From Isurus oxyrinchus (lineage: Eukaryota), in assembly GCA_026770705.1 (NCBI GenBank), contig JANJGN010000021.1, forward strand, positions 99,634,001 to 99,698,000: a stretch of 64,000 nt of DNA, in the 5' to 3' direction. The translations under genes were made by a program, and so were the position numbers. The notes beneath the pieces were generated by a model. The model ran no database searches, was not told the origin of the DNA, and saw nothing but the letters and a program-made list of their open reading frames with translations. Below are positions 12,199-24,440 of the stretch, piece by piece. Positions within the stretch are counted from its first letter, which is position 1. Each line of letters begins with the position of its first letter.

Positions 12199-12199
12199 G

Positions 12200-13485
12200 T
12201 GGAAATAATCATGGACTTCCTATAAAGGAAAGAGCAGAAGAACAACTAGAAACAAAAACATATATTAATGAATAGTGAACATGGATTCCAAAATAGAAAA
12301 TCTTGTTTGACCAAACTATTTGATTTTTTGAGGAGGTAACAGACAAAGTAAACAATGGTAATTCAGTAGTTGCAATTCATCTACATTTTCAAAAGGCTAT
12401 TGATAAATTGCCCCATAATAGACTAATGAATAAGGTCAGAGAACGTGAAGTCAGGGGATAAGTGACAATGGATTGCTAGCTGGGTTCAAGAGAGAAAGCA
12501 GAGCGTGGGAGTAAAGGATAGTTATTCAGAGTGTCAGAAGATGGGAAATGGTGTTCCGCACGGATCAGTGCTGGGACCACTGCTGCTCACAATTTATATG
12601 AATGATTTGGGCTTTGGAATCAAAAAACACAATTTCTAAATGTGCCCAATTTTGGTGCAGGGCTGGGAGTGTGGTGCAGTAGTCAACACTGAGGAGGAAT
12701 GCAACAAGTTACAGGACAACATTAATAAACTTGTGGAATGGGCAAATAATTGGCAAATGAAGTTCAACACAGATAAATGTGAGGGGGCACGTTTTGGTAG
12801 GGAGAATAGAGAGGTCGCTTATATCTTCTAAGATGCAAAACTAGGTGTGGAGGAGGAACAAAGGTTTTTTGAAGCACAATGACTCCAATCACTAAAAGTT
12901 CTGCCACAGGCTGGCAAGGCCATAAAAAGCAAACCAAGCTCTAGGCTTTATTTCCAGAGACATAGAATTGAAAAGTAGGGAGGTTATCCTGGACCTATAT
13001 CGATCCTTGCATCGATCACTCTTGGAATATGTATGCAGTGCTGTTCGCCGTATAAAACAAAGGACATATAGGCACTGGAGGGCACAGGGAAGATTTACAG
13101 CGATGATACCAGAAATGTATGGCTATACATGTCAGGAAAGGATTCACAGGCCGGGTCTCTTTTCTCTTGAGAAAGAAGAGAGGATACAGAGAGAATGTTT
13201 CCTCTTGTGGGGAAGAGGCCAACAATATAAGATAGTCGCCAAGAAATCCAATAGGAAATTCAGAAATAACTTCTTTACCCAGAAAGCAATGCGAATGCAG
13301 AACTCACCACAAGGAGAGATTGAAGCAAATAGTATAGATGTATTTAAGGGGAAACTAGAAGGGAGGGATGGTTATGATAATGAATTTAGATGAGGAAAGA
13401 TGGAAGGAAGCTCGAGTGGAACATAAACACCAGCATGGAATATTTGGGCTGAATGGCCTGTTTCTGTTTCATATTTACTATGTAA
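12200..13485 (+). mobile_element. CR1-type LINE fragment (shared with copy 2 at about 55800-57110)
   Basis: ORFs 12640-12831 and 12968-13393. Colinear with the CR1 in the equivalent intron of copy 2. Confidence 0.8.
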
Positions 13486-13690
13486 CCTTGAGTCTCTGTC
13501 TCTGTCTCTCTCTCTCTCATTCTCTCTCTCCCTCTCATTCTCTCACCCTCTCCCTCTCATTCTCTCACCCTCTCTCTCTCATTCTCTCATCCTATCTCCC
13601 ACTAGCTCTCTCTCATTCTCTGTCTTATCCCCTCTCTCTCATTCTCAAATGCTTTCTCTTTCATTTGTAATCTCTCATTCTCTCTGATAG

Positions 13691-13798
13691 ATCTGAAGTC
13701 TCACACCCAGATTCCTGTTCCTGTCAGGATTGTGCTTGGAGTCCTTGGGTTGCTGATTTCCCTCAGTGTTATGGCTGTCATCATCCACAGCAAGAAAG
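13691..13798 (+). pseudogene. MHC class I connecting peptide/transmembrane exon (copy 1)
   Basis: DLKSHTQIPVPVRIVLGVLGLLISLSVMAVIIHSKK, AG/GT bounded, preceded by a CT-rich tract. Confidence 0.85.
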
Positions 13799-14440
13799 GT
13801 AGGAACTGGAAGGAAGGTGGCAGCTCTTCACTGGGGGTTTCACGGCATAGCAGACCCCAAGGGTGTAGCCCAGTATGTGGACAGGGCTCGGCGGTGGGGA
13901 GGTGGGGGTTGTGGAGGACCTCAAGTTGGAGGAGGAGCCTCAGTGTTTGAGGGAAGATTTCAAGATGGGGTCACTCAGAGTGTGGGCGGAGAGTCTAAGT
14001 TTTTTGGAGGCGTAGTCCAAGGTGGTGGGTTGTTCCTCAGAGTGGGGCATGCGGAACCCAGGTTAGTAGGTTAAAGGCTCAGGGTGAAGGGTTGGTGGGG
14101 AGAGGAGCTGAGCTGGTTTGAAGGGCTGAGGGTTGGGTGAAGGGTCTCAGGCTCTGTTGCCTCTGGATGCTGGACCTCAGAGTTGAGTTGGGGGGTGGAT
14201 TCAAGGTAGCAGGTGAAAGACCCATGGTTGGAGGAAGGTGTTTAGTTTGTGTTGAGGGGCTCAGGTGAGGGTGGGAGTGAGTGTTTCAGCTCAGGGTGGG
14301 AGTGAAGGACTGAGGGTTTGTTTGGCAGGGCTCAGTATGAGGGAGGGTCCATCTCTCCCTTTCACTCGGCATTTCAGTCTCTCTTCTCTCTGATTTTCTG
14401 TCAGTCTCTCATCACTCACTGAACATTCCTTGTTTTACAG

Positions 14441-14473
14441 TGAGAGGGAAGAGCGGCTACAATCCTACACAGA
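14441..14473 (+). pseudogene. MHC class I cytoplasmic exon with Tyr motif (copy 1)
   Basis: 33-bp exon between TTTTACAG and GTAAGC, encoding VRGKSGYNPTQ, matching the class I GY tail motif. Confidence 0.8.
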
Positions 14474-14820
14474 GTAAGCTGATCATCAAACATCCTCTGG
14501 ATCTGTGTGTAACTGTATGAATTATTCTCCACTCTGTGCCAGATACAGCAATGAGCTCGTTGGACAGTCTCTCTGTGCCAATCTCCCTATCTTTGTCTGA
14601 CTCTCTCTTTCTCTCAGCTTATATCTGTTACCCTCTGTATCTCTGTGAGTCTTTCTCTCTCTCTCTCTCTCCATCCCCTGTCTTATTCTCTGTGTCTGTT
14701 TGTCTCTGCATGTGTCAATCATTTTCTTTTTCTGTATCTCTCTCTCTGCCTTTGTGTCTTGTGCTCTGTGTCAGTCTTGTTATAATGAACAGCTTTTTAA
14801 TGCCCCCCCTTTCTTCACAG

Positions 14821-14868
14821 CTTCTGATAAAGGGGGTTCCTCATCCATCTCTTCATCCAGTTCCTGAG
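14821..14868 (+). pseudogene. MHC class I Ser-rich cytoplasmic exon with stop (copy 1)
   Basis: TTCACAG acceptor, TSDKGGSSSISSSSS*, donor GTATGA 1 nt after the stop. Confidence 0.8.
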
Positions 14869-15004
14869 GTATGAATAGTGTTTTATCAATAGTGGGAGCA
14901 GATTCCTTCTAAATGGAGCATTCCAGCTGGTGTTAACTGTACTATCTGGTGGGTGGAGTGTGACCTCAGTGTCTGCTGCTCCCTGTATGGGGTCACTCAA
15001 TAGC

Positions 15005-15905
15005 AGCTGGTGTTTGAGGTGTCTGATGGGTTTTGCTGCTGTTTAGGAAGTGGGTCTGATGGGTTTTGCTGGTGTTTGGGGAGTTGGTGTGATTGATTTT
15101 GCTGGTGTTCGGTGGTGGGTCTGATGGGTTTTGCTGGTGTTTGGTGAGTGTGTCTAAAGTGTTTTCCTGGTGTTTGTGGAGCAGGTCTGAAGGGCTCTGC
15201 TGGTGCTTGGTGGGTGGGTCAGATGGGTTCTGCTGATCTTTGGGGAGTGGGTGTGATGGGTTTTGTTGGTATTTGGGGAGTGAGTCTGTTCGGTTTTGCT
15301 GTTGTTTGGAGATATGGGTCTGATGGGTTTTACTGGTATTTGGGGAGTATGTCTGATTGGTTCTGATGGTGCCTGGTGGGTGGGTCAAATGGTTTTTGCT
15401 GGTTTGGGAGTAGGTCTGATGGTTTTTGCTGGTGTTTGGTGAGTGGGTCTAATGTGTTTTCCTGGTGTTTGTGGAGTAGGTCTGTTCGGCTCTGCTGGTG
15501 CTTGGCGGTTGGGTCGGATGGATTTTGCTGGTGTTTGGGGAGTAGGCCTGATTGGTTCTGCTGGTATTTCAGGGGTGGGTCTGATGGGTTTTGCTGGTGC
15601 TTGGGGAGTGGGCCTGATGGGTTTTGTTGGTATTTTGGGGAGTAGGTCTGTTTGGTTCTGCTGATGTTTGAGGGGTGGATCTGATGGGTTTTGCTGGTGT
15701 TTGGGGAGTGGGTCTGATGGGTTTTATTGGTGGTTTGGGGAGGTCTGATGGGATTTGCTGGTGTTTGGCAAGTAGATCTGATGGGTTCTGCTGGGGCTTG
15801 ACTGGTGGATCGGATGGGTTTTCTTGGTGTTTGGGGGGGTGGGACTAATGGGTTTTGCAGGTGTTTTATGAGTCAGTCTGATGGGTTTTGTTGGTGTTTT
15901 GTGGG
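15005..15905. repeat. about 33-bp minisatellite (GTCTGATGGGTTTTGCTGGTGTTTGGGGAGTGG)
   Basis: About 27 degenerate tandem copies. Remnants resume at 26460-26580 and occur at 58600-58670. Confidence 0.85.
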
Positions 15906-16958
15906 CGAAGGGGGGAGGGTTCATTGATTCATAGAAATGACAGAAAATTTATAACCCAGTCAGATGCCATTCCGATCACCTTGTCCATTCTGATTAATGA
16001 AGAGGTCCCCAGACCCATCTCACCTCCGTGAACTAGCCTTGCAGGTCTCGGCTCTTTATGTGAACATGTAAGAATTTGTTAAATGTGGCGAGAGTTCCTG
16101 CCTGTGTCATCTTTTCAGGTAATGAGTTCCAGGTCCCTAAAACTCTCTGGGTGAGAAAATATTTCTTCATCTCCTGTATTATCTTTATACAATCACTTTA
16201 AACTTAGGCTTGCCAGTTTTTGACCTCCCCCCATCTCTTGAGGTAAATAGGTCATCTCTATTTATCCATTATGGACCCTCATAATTGTATACCTCAATCA
16301 AATCTATCTTCGGCCACCTATGCTTTTATATTTTTTCTTGGGATTTGGGCATCACTGGCTAGCCAGGCATTTATTGCCCATACCTAATTGCCTTTGCGAA
16401 GGTGATGGTGAGCTGCCTTCTTGAACTGCTGCAGTCCATTTGGCGCAGGTACACCCACAGTGCTGTTAGAGAGGGTGTTCCAGGATTTTGGCCCCAGTGA
16501 CTGTGAGGGAATGGCAATATATTTCCAAGTCAGGATCCTGTGTGACTTGGAAGGAAACTTGCAGGTAATGGTGTTCCTATGCCGCTGTTGCTCTTGTCCT
16601 TTGAGGTGGTAGAGATTTAGAAAATGCACTTAAAAGCTTTGTGTGTGCTGCAGTGCATCTTTCATATAGACACAATACTGCCTGTGTGTGTCAGTGATGG
16701 AGGGAGGGAATGAATGTTTAAGGTCATGGGTGGAGTGGTGAGCAGGCGTCCTTGATAGTGTCAAATTTCTTGAGTGTTGTTGGAGCTGCATTCATCCATG
16801 CAAGCGGAGATCACATTCCTGACTTGTGCCTTGTAGATAGTGTACAGGCTTTGAGGAGACAGTAGGTGAGTTACTTGGCACAGAATTCCCAGCCTCTAAC
16901 CTGCTCTTCCAACCACAGTATTTATTTGGCTGATCCAGTTCAGTTTCAGGTCAATGGT

Positions 16959-17201
16959 TGTTACTCACAATAAGAGGTTGTGGTGGAGGAATTAATCCAG
17001 GCTGGTCTTTTGGTTCAAGCTGGTTTATTTTCAAGACAACTCCTCAGTTATGCCTAACTTCCAAGTAGCTTCTACACACAGTGTTCCAGCTGTATCTTTT
17101 TATTCTGTTTAGATGAGATAATCAATGCCCATCATCTGTTTAACTAGCAATTGCCTTTAACAAGGTGATTGCCATGCAGTGTGATTATTTATACATTGAC
17201 A
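16959..17201 (-). mobile_element. 243-bp solo LTR
   Basis: TGTTA...TGACA termini, exact 5-bp TSD ATGGT (16954-16958 and 17202-17206), minus-strand AATAAA. It interrupts the LINE. Confidence 0.75.
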
Positions 17202-17292
17202 ATGGTAAACCCCAGGATGTTGATAGCGGGGTATTTAGCAATGGCAATGTCATTGACTGTCAAGGGGAGATAGTTAGATTCTCTCTTGTTGG

Positions 17293-17546
17293 TCCGCAGC
17301 TACGTTCGCGGCCGGGTGACTCTGGAGAGGGAGCACGTGGTGTCTGCTGGCACTCTTGAGGCCTTTCGTGCTCGGTGGGCACCGCGGGGACTGGGGTGTT
17401 TTATTGACACCTTTAATCACATTTTGGTTTAAAGTTGTAAGTTTCCTTTAAATTTTGTCTTTAGTCTTACAGCTGACCTGAATTAGGGGCTGTGTTTGAT
17501 TTTTCCTCATTTTGTTGATTTTGTTTAATTGGTTTAACCCAAAGAA
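17293..17546 (+). mobile_element. Tx1/L1-like non-LTR element 3' end
   Basis: RSYVRGRVTLEREHVVSAGTLEAFRARWAPRGLGC...* followed by a T-rich 3'UTR. 13-bp TSD TCTCTCTTGTTGG (17280-17292 and 17547-17559). Clade assignment is inferred. Confidence 0.7.
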
Positions 17547-19474
17547 TCTCTCTTGTTGGAGATCTCATTGCCTGGCGTTCCTGTGGCCTGGTTTTTACTG
17601 CATTTAGGCACAGACTGCTTCAGTATCTGAGGAGTTGTGAATGGTGCTGAACATGGTGCAATTATCAGTGAACATTCCCACTGCTGACCTTATAACAGAA
17701 GGAAGGTAATTGATGAAGCAGCTGAAGATGGTTGGGCTGAGGACACAACCCTGAGGAACTCCTGCAGTGATGTCTTGGAACTGGGATGATTGACTTCCAA
17801 CAACCATCTTCCTTTGTGCTAGGTATGACTTCAACCAGCGGAGACTTTTCCCCCTGATTTCCATTGACTCCAATTTTGCTCGGTCTCCTCTCTCGGTCAA
17901 ATGCTGCCTTGATATCAAGGGCAGTTACTCTCACCTCATCCCAGGAGTTCAGCTCTTTTGTCCATGTTTGGATCAAGGCTGCAATGAGGTCAGAAGCTGA
18001 ATAACCCTGCCGGAACTCAAACTGGTTGTCAGTGAATAAGTTATTGTTGTGTAAGTGCCGCTTGATAGCACTGTCGATGACACCTTCCATCACTTTGCTG
18101 ATAATGGAGAGTGGACTGATGGGGTGATAATTGGTTGGGTTGAATTTGTCCTGCTTTTTGTGTACAGGACATACCTGGGCAATTTTCCACATAGCTGGGT
18201 GATGCCAATGTAATAGCTGTACTGGAATAGCTTGGCTAGGGATGCAGCAAGTTCTAGAGCACAAGTCTTCAGTACTATTGCCGGAATATTGTCAGGGCCC
18301 ATAGCCTTTGCAGTATCCAGTGACTTCAGCTGTTTCTCAGTATCACATGGAGTGAATATAATTGGCTGAAGACTGGCATCTGTGAAGCTGGGGACCACAG
18401 GAGGAGGCTGAAGTGGATCTTTTATTTGGCACTTCTGGCTGAAGATGGTTGCAAATGCTTCAGCCTTGTCTTTATGCACCTTTGTGCTGGGATCCCCAGC
18501 ATTGAAGATGGGGATATTTGTGGCATCTCCTCGTCTGGTTAGTTGTTTAATTATTCACCACCATTCATGACTTGATGTGGCAGGACTGCAGATCTGATCT
18601 GTTGGTTATGGGATCAGTTAGCTCTGTCTGTCACATGGTTCTGCTGTTTGGCACGCAAGTAGTCCTGTGTTGTAGCTTCACCAAGTTGACACCTCATTTT
18701 TAGGTATGCCTGGTGCTGCTCCTGGCATTCTCTTCTGCACTCTTCATTGAACTAGGGTTGATCCCCTAGCTTGATGGTAATGGTGGAGTGGGGGGTATGC
18801 CGGGCCATGATGTTACAGATTGTGATTGAATACAACTCTGCTGCTGCTGCTGTTTCCCACAGCACCTCAAGGATGCCCAGTTTTGAGTTACTAGAGTGCT
18901 TCTGATTCTATCCCATTTAGCATGGTGGTAGTGCCACACAACACAATGAAGGGTATCTAGGACGAAGAGGGATTTTTTTCTTCACAAGGTCTGTGCGATG
19001 GTCACTCATACCAATACTGGCATGGACAGGTGCATCTGCAACAGGTAGATTAGTGAGGATAAGGTGTTTCCCTCTTGTTGGTTCTCTTACCACTTGCTGA
19101 AGGCCATATCTGCCAGATGTTTCCTTCAGGATTTGCCCAGTTCAGTCAGTAATGGTGCTACCAAGACACACTTGTTGCTGGACATTGAAGTCCTCCACCC
19201 AGTATACATTCTGCACCCTTGCCACCCTCAGTGCTTCTTCCAAGTGGTGTTCAACATGGAGAAGCACTGATTCATTAGACTGGGGATGGGGAAGGTGGGG
19301 GGGTATGGGCACGGTACGTGGTAATCAGGAGGAGGTTTCCATGCCCATGTTTGACTTGATGACCCTTGAGACTTCAAGGAGCTCAGAGTTGATGGTGCCG
19401 CCAACTCTTTTGGATCTGTCCTGCCAGTGGGCCAGGATATACCCAGGGGTAGTGATGATAGCAATCACATCTTT

Positions 19475-20584
19475 TTCCTGTAATGTGGTAACCAGAGCTC
19501 TGTGCAGCACTCTAGCTGCAGTCTTAGTGTTGTATACAGTTCCAGCATAACCACCTTGCTCTCTGCTCAGCTAATAAGGGAAAGCATGCTATATACCTTT
19601 TTACCCACGTTATCGACCCATCCTAGCACTTTTACCAGTCTGTGGATATACACTGCAAGGTCCCTCTGTTCCTCCACATTACTCAGTAATTAGCCCCAAT
19701 TTACTGGGGGTTCCCTTTGCCTTGTTGCACCTCCCAAAATGCATTACCTCACACTTCTCCAGGTTGAATTCCATTTTCCAGTTTTCTCTCCAACTGACCA
19801 GACCATCTCTACCTACCTGCAGTCGGAAGCTTTCCTCCTCACTGTCAACCACATCATTTTCTTTAACAAGCCCCTACATTTGACCCTAAATTATTAATAT
19901 AAAAATAAAGGGACCGACTGCTAACCCAGCAGAACCACTGTCCCCACCCCTCACCAAACCCTAGGAACAGACTCCCAGTTGCAAAAGCACACATCAACCA
20001 TCTCCTTCTGCTTCCTGACACTAAGTTAATTTGAGATCCAATTTGTTGCGCTCCCTTGGGGATCCCAAGGGATTTTACGTTTTGACTAGTCTTCCATATG
20101 GGACCTTGTCAAAAGCCTTGTTAAAATCCACGTCCACCACATTGCTTACATCAACCCTGCTTGCTACCTCTTGAAAAAATTCAATCATTAGTCAGAGATG
20201 ACCTTCCTTTAACAAACACAGCTGACTTTCCTTGATGAATCCAAGCCTTTCTAAGTGAAGGCTTGTGCTGTTCTGCTGAGTTGATTCCAATAATTTTCCC
20301 ACCACTGAAGTTAAGCTAACTGGCCTATAATTACTCAGACTATCCCCTCCTCACTTTTTAAATAACAATACAACATTAAAAGTCCCTCCAATCCTCTGGC
20401 ATCACCTCTGTAGCCAGGGGAGATTGAAATATGATGCCCAGAACCTATGCTATTTGCTCCCTTGCTACTTTCAACACTTGGAGTTTTATTTTACCTGGCC
20501 CTGGCTGTTTATCTACTTTCAAAAATCTCTAATCCTTTAATACTTCCTCTCTTACAATGTTTATCCCATCCAATATTTCACACT
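19475..20584 (-). mobile_element. CR1-type LINE fragment (continues at 26159-26460; host of the provirus)
   Basis: Colinear with the uninterrupted copy at 57363-58600, whose ORF 57862-58092 carries CR1 RT motifs. Confidence 0.8.
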
Positions 20585-21091
20585 TGAAAGGTCCGAGGAA
20601 TACTCTGGTACAAAATTTCAACACTCGGAGTCCAGATGCAATATTCAAGTGGTTCCTTTATTACACATGCGGGGAGCAAACACTGGGCAATCCAGGCACT
20701 TCGCCACTGAGGTTCAGATGAGCACAGTTTATATATCTTTTACTTCAGTTACAACTTAATGGTATTAGTTAGACAAAGGCCACAGCACAATGATCCCCCA
20801 GTGGGATGATAATTGTGTTCCTGTACAGTAATTGCAGTGCAGAGACCGGGCATTGTCCTTTTTGATTACGGCTATCAGATGGTGCGAAACGGCCTTCCCC
20901 ATTTCCTGATTGAGTTATTCCCGTGTCCCTGCCTGTGTGTCTCCCATTTCCTAATTGCAGATTTACAGCTGAGCCCTTTGTACAAGTTTTTAGTTTTCAT
21001 GTATGGCTGTGATTATCTGTGTATGCTTTGGCACCCTAGCTGCCAGTCCTGGCTGGCACTTCAAAATAAATCCAAATTTTCTGTACCTTCA
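20585..21091 (-). repeat. 3' LTR
   Basis: 507 bp, about 92% identical to 25654-26158 by hand count. Purine-rich PPT on the minus strand immediately inside (about 21092-21115). Confidence 0.95.
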
Positions 21092-21325
21092 GTCCCCGCG
21101 CCCCCCCCCTCCACCACACCCTTTTGGGTGCATCACTGTTAGGTTAAGCTAGCCAATTAATCTACATCTGATGGTTCTGTCATGGCTCTGGTGGTACCGA
21201 TCCGAGCAAGTCCTATGATCTGTGACATCACCCGGACCTTTCCCCAAGTTTTTAAGCTTCCTAATGTCTGAGACTCCTGACTTTCCGGTGGTGCGTGGCC
21301 ACCAAGATGGGAGGCTAGGACTCTA

Positions 21326-23476
21326 CTACATTAATATTGTGTCCTGTCCCAGCAGATGTTGTTGCTCCTTTAACATTATTTTTGTCCTATGTCTAAGGGC
21401 TTCCTTCTTATAGGTGCCACGTGCTGCAATTCCCCACGCCAATGCTAACACTAACTGCACTGCGATGAGTATATGAGAGATTATTCTTATCCAGGGTTGT
21501 ATATCCACATTCAGCCCCTAGTCCCACACTTGCACCCACCATGTTGGATCACTCAAGTGCTCTTCTGAATTATTGATTAGCCTTTTAAACACCGCCTGTA
21601 ACACGTAATGCTGATTCCTCACCTTTCGTAAGTCACCTTTAAACTTTGTCAGACTTTCGGGAAGGTGGGGAATTGGGGCCTGCTTAGGTTCCTCATACTG
21701 TTCCAGGGTATCATAGAGTGTGTCAGAGGCATTGACTGAGATCTGACCCCTTTGTTGGATGTACACCATTTGCGTGTGTTCAGCAGTAACTGGGAGCCTG
21801 GATTTAAAGCAGAAGTTGGGGGTGGTGATGTTGCAATGTAAGCTCCCGTATGTGTATGACTGCTCAGTAGTTGTCACACAGTATTTCCCCCTTTCCTTTG
21901 TATCCTGAGCGGGTGTGATGGTTTTCACTGTGGGTAATTTCTAATATACAACCCTCCGATCATTTGTACCCACATTCGTCCAGCAACCCCCCCCCACCCG
22001 TTCCGACTGGACGGGGGCAAATTGTGAGACTACCTTTCCTCCTGCACCCGCTCAGTGATACCCCATGTATGCCCTCATTCTTGTGTATGGCATGCATGTC
22101 TATGGGGTAGTACTGGAGGGAGTCATTGTCCCAGATTAGCCCAATGTTGGTACTGAGGGTGCGGGCCTGTGTCTTCTGTGACTGAGGGGATTGCCAATAC
22201 CTTGCCTGTCATGTTCATTTGGTTTGTGGTGCACTTCTGAATCACCGCAGACACCCTGGTCATTCCTTTCAATGTACAGGCGCCGAAGTTGCCTGGGTTC
22301 TTGGTCATCCCCCACAACCGGGTACTGTTGATCCAGCCCAGTACCTCCCCACTTTGGATCTGGCCCAGATTGTGTCTTAATTGCCCGATCATCCACTGGC
22401 CATAAGCTGGCTTTTTTGGGTGCTGTCCTCTTGTCGTTCCTCCCTTTCTATTAATTGGTTGGTGGTTTTAGCATGGGTCTCTATAACGCGTACGCTTTCC
22501 AATACAGATGCCACACTCTTGCCCCCTAGGGCCGCTGCCGTTTCACTGCCCCTCGCTGCTCTTATGAGAAGCTGCCTCATGATTCCTTTAAGATTCATAA
22601 CCTCGGAGTTGATTCCTTGAACGTTGAGAGAGTTTACCAGGGAAGTCCCTGTCAGTACCTCTCTTCTGGCGGTGGAAAGCAGCAGGTCCCCTGAATCTAG
22701 TGACGCCCGTGGCATCGGCCGCCTGATTAATCACAGCCTTACTCAGTCATTTGTATAGTTTTCGTCAAGGCGTTTGGTTACTGCAATACTCAAGCAGTTG
22801 TATACATGCCAAGTTCACAATTACCGGTACAATTTCATGTTTAACATTATCATACAATTGTTCACCGTCCATATACAGAACCAGTCCAATCTTTGGCCCA
22901 GGGGTCATGTCTGGGCAAGATACTCTCTGTGGTGTCGTTGTGTCCTGACAGCGGGGTGGTGTTGGTCCGGGGGTCCGCTGTTGTAGTCAACTCTGCGTGT
23001 TTGGCCCTCAATGTCCAATGCCAGGTATCTGTCATTCCCAAGTCCTCCTCCCTGGGACAGTGACCCCAGTTGTTGTTGTCCCGGGGTGTGAAGGCAAATT
23101 GCGAAAAATCTCTCACACATTGTATCTGGACCTGTGCCCCCTTCTCACATGTCCAGGGTCTGTCCGAACCATCGTTGATCTGGAAGCATGTTGGGCCCTC
23201 ATTTTTCCATCGGAGTTTCATTCCCATATGCGAGCTCTGCCCCAGGCTCTCTCCATCGCTCATTCCAACGGACACTTGCATAAGCCCGGTGCCACACTTG
23301 AAGAGCATTGACCTTTCCATTGTGATATTCACACTTCCTTTCACGCAATATCTGTCGCTGACATTCTTGTAGTATAAGGCCATAGCAGCTGCTGCTTCAG
23401 AGTTTACATTCTGTATGCTGGTGGCTGCAATAGCCAGGGCCCTGGTAATGATTATTGACACCCAGCTTTTTTCCAT
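21326..23476 (-). pseudogene. env: env, class I fusion glycoprotein-like (disrupted)
   Basis: Signal-like start MEKSWVSIIITRALAIAATS, then RR-EVLTGTSLVNSL plus heptad region, Cys-rich SLSGCRRKGSLTICP...ECGY...GC, KYCVTT...CFK, WWVQVW, and TM IISHILIAVQLVLALAWGIA. Several frameshifts and an in-frame TAG at 21518-21520. Confidence 0.8.
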
Positions 23477-23739
23477 CTTGGCTTGGAGGTTACCCGGTTA
23501 TTGTTATTTCTGTAATGAAGCACACTGCTGGTGATCACCAGGGGTTAGGTTGTATATAAGAGGCAGTTTTCTCCTTTACGTCCCTCCTTGTATACTGCCC
23601 ATAGTGACCCTCCCCGTAGTTGAGGATTCCCCCTTTGTCTTTCGGATGGCCAGTCCTCCAGATCAGGAATGAATCCTAAACCACTTGGCTAACAGAGTAT
23701 GGACATTTGCCCGTTTCCCTCCCACTGCCCGGTAATTCA

Positions 23740-24125
23740 GTCTTTCTTACTTACATCATACCTTTTCAGTTGTGACCAGTGTTTCCACCTACCTTTTCCC
23801 TTCATATTGATACAAGCACATGAATCGCTGGTGAAAATAATTTTGTATGGTCCAGTCCATTTTGGGGCAAAACCTGGTTGGCTAAGGGTGATTTGAACAA
23901 ACACCATGTGTCCAACCTCAGCCAGTGGTGACGGAGTCCCCCTTTTGTCCTCTCTTCTAAATCCCTGATAGCCTGTTGGTCCTTCACTTCCTGTTGTAAT
24001 TCCTTTAGCTGTCCATCCAATTGCTTAGTGTAGTTTTTAATTTTATCTCTGATGGGTCCCATATCCTTGCTTCTGGTGGCTATGCCCTCTGGCAAGCGCA
24101 AACCCTCTGGTCATTAACTCATAAA
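23740..24125 (-). pseudogene. pol: integrase C-terminal remnant (GPY/F domain)
   Basis: ELMT..LRLPE...VGHMVFVQ...PKWTGPYKIIF...WKHWSQLKR across frameshifts. Confidence 0.8.
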
Positions 24126-24440
24126 GGGGTTTATCTTAAATCCAGCATTTTTCAGTGCCCTTAAGACAGCCAGGAGAGCTCCGATGTGGCCCCTTCCTGA
24201 TTCTGATGCTATTAGGATATCATCTACATACTGTAAGATTGTACTGTTGTAAGACTCAGCTTCTCACTCATGCCCCAATGGAAAATGTTCAGGCTGCTGT
24301 GGAATCCCTGTGGGAGCCTGATCCAGGTATATTGTCTCCCTCCCACTGTGAAAGTGAATTTATCTTGGGATTCCTGGTCCAGTGGTATCAGCCAAAATCC
24401 ATTGGCTACATCTAAAACTGTAAATATTTTATGTTTGGGT
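24126..24440 (-). pseudogene. pol: reverse transcriptase core remnant
   Basis: KIFTVLDVANGFWLIPLDQESQDKFTFTVGGRQYTWIRLPQGFHSS, then after a frameshift ILQYVDDILIAS (YVDD at 24219-24230)...LKNAGFKINP. Confidence 0.9.

Larger units (their letters stand above)
10264..14867 (+). pseudogene. MHC class I-like alpha chain, copy 1 (probable pseudogene)
   Basis: Phase-1 AG/GT exons: alpha1 10264-10524, alpha2 10706-10970, alpha3 11318-11581, TM 13691-13798, cytoplasmic 14441-14473 and 14821-14868 (TGA 14865-14867). Alpha2 is 265 bp versus 273 bp in copy 2 (8-bp deletion near 10930). No leader exon recognised. Confidence 0.85.
16335..19470 (-). mobile_element. CR1-superfamily LINE, second family (endonuclease remnant plus RT), disrupted
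   Basis: ORFs 18090-18479 (KAMGPDNIPAIVLK), 17665-18264 (YHPISPLSIISKVME...ALDIKAAFD) and 17604-17918 (GVPQGCVLSP). The 3' tail GGGCAATAAATGC also occurs at about 355-410, 7985-8170 and in the related fragment 33780-34370. Confidence 0.85.
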
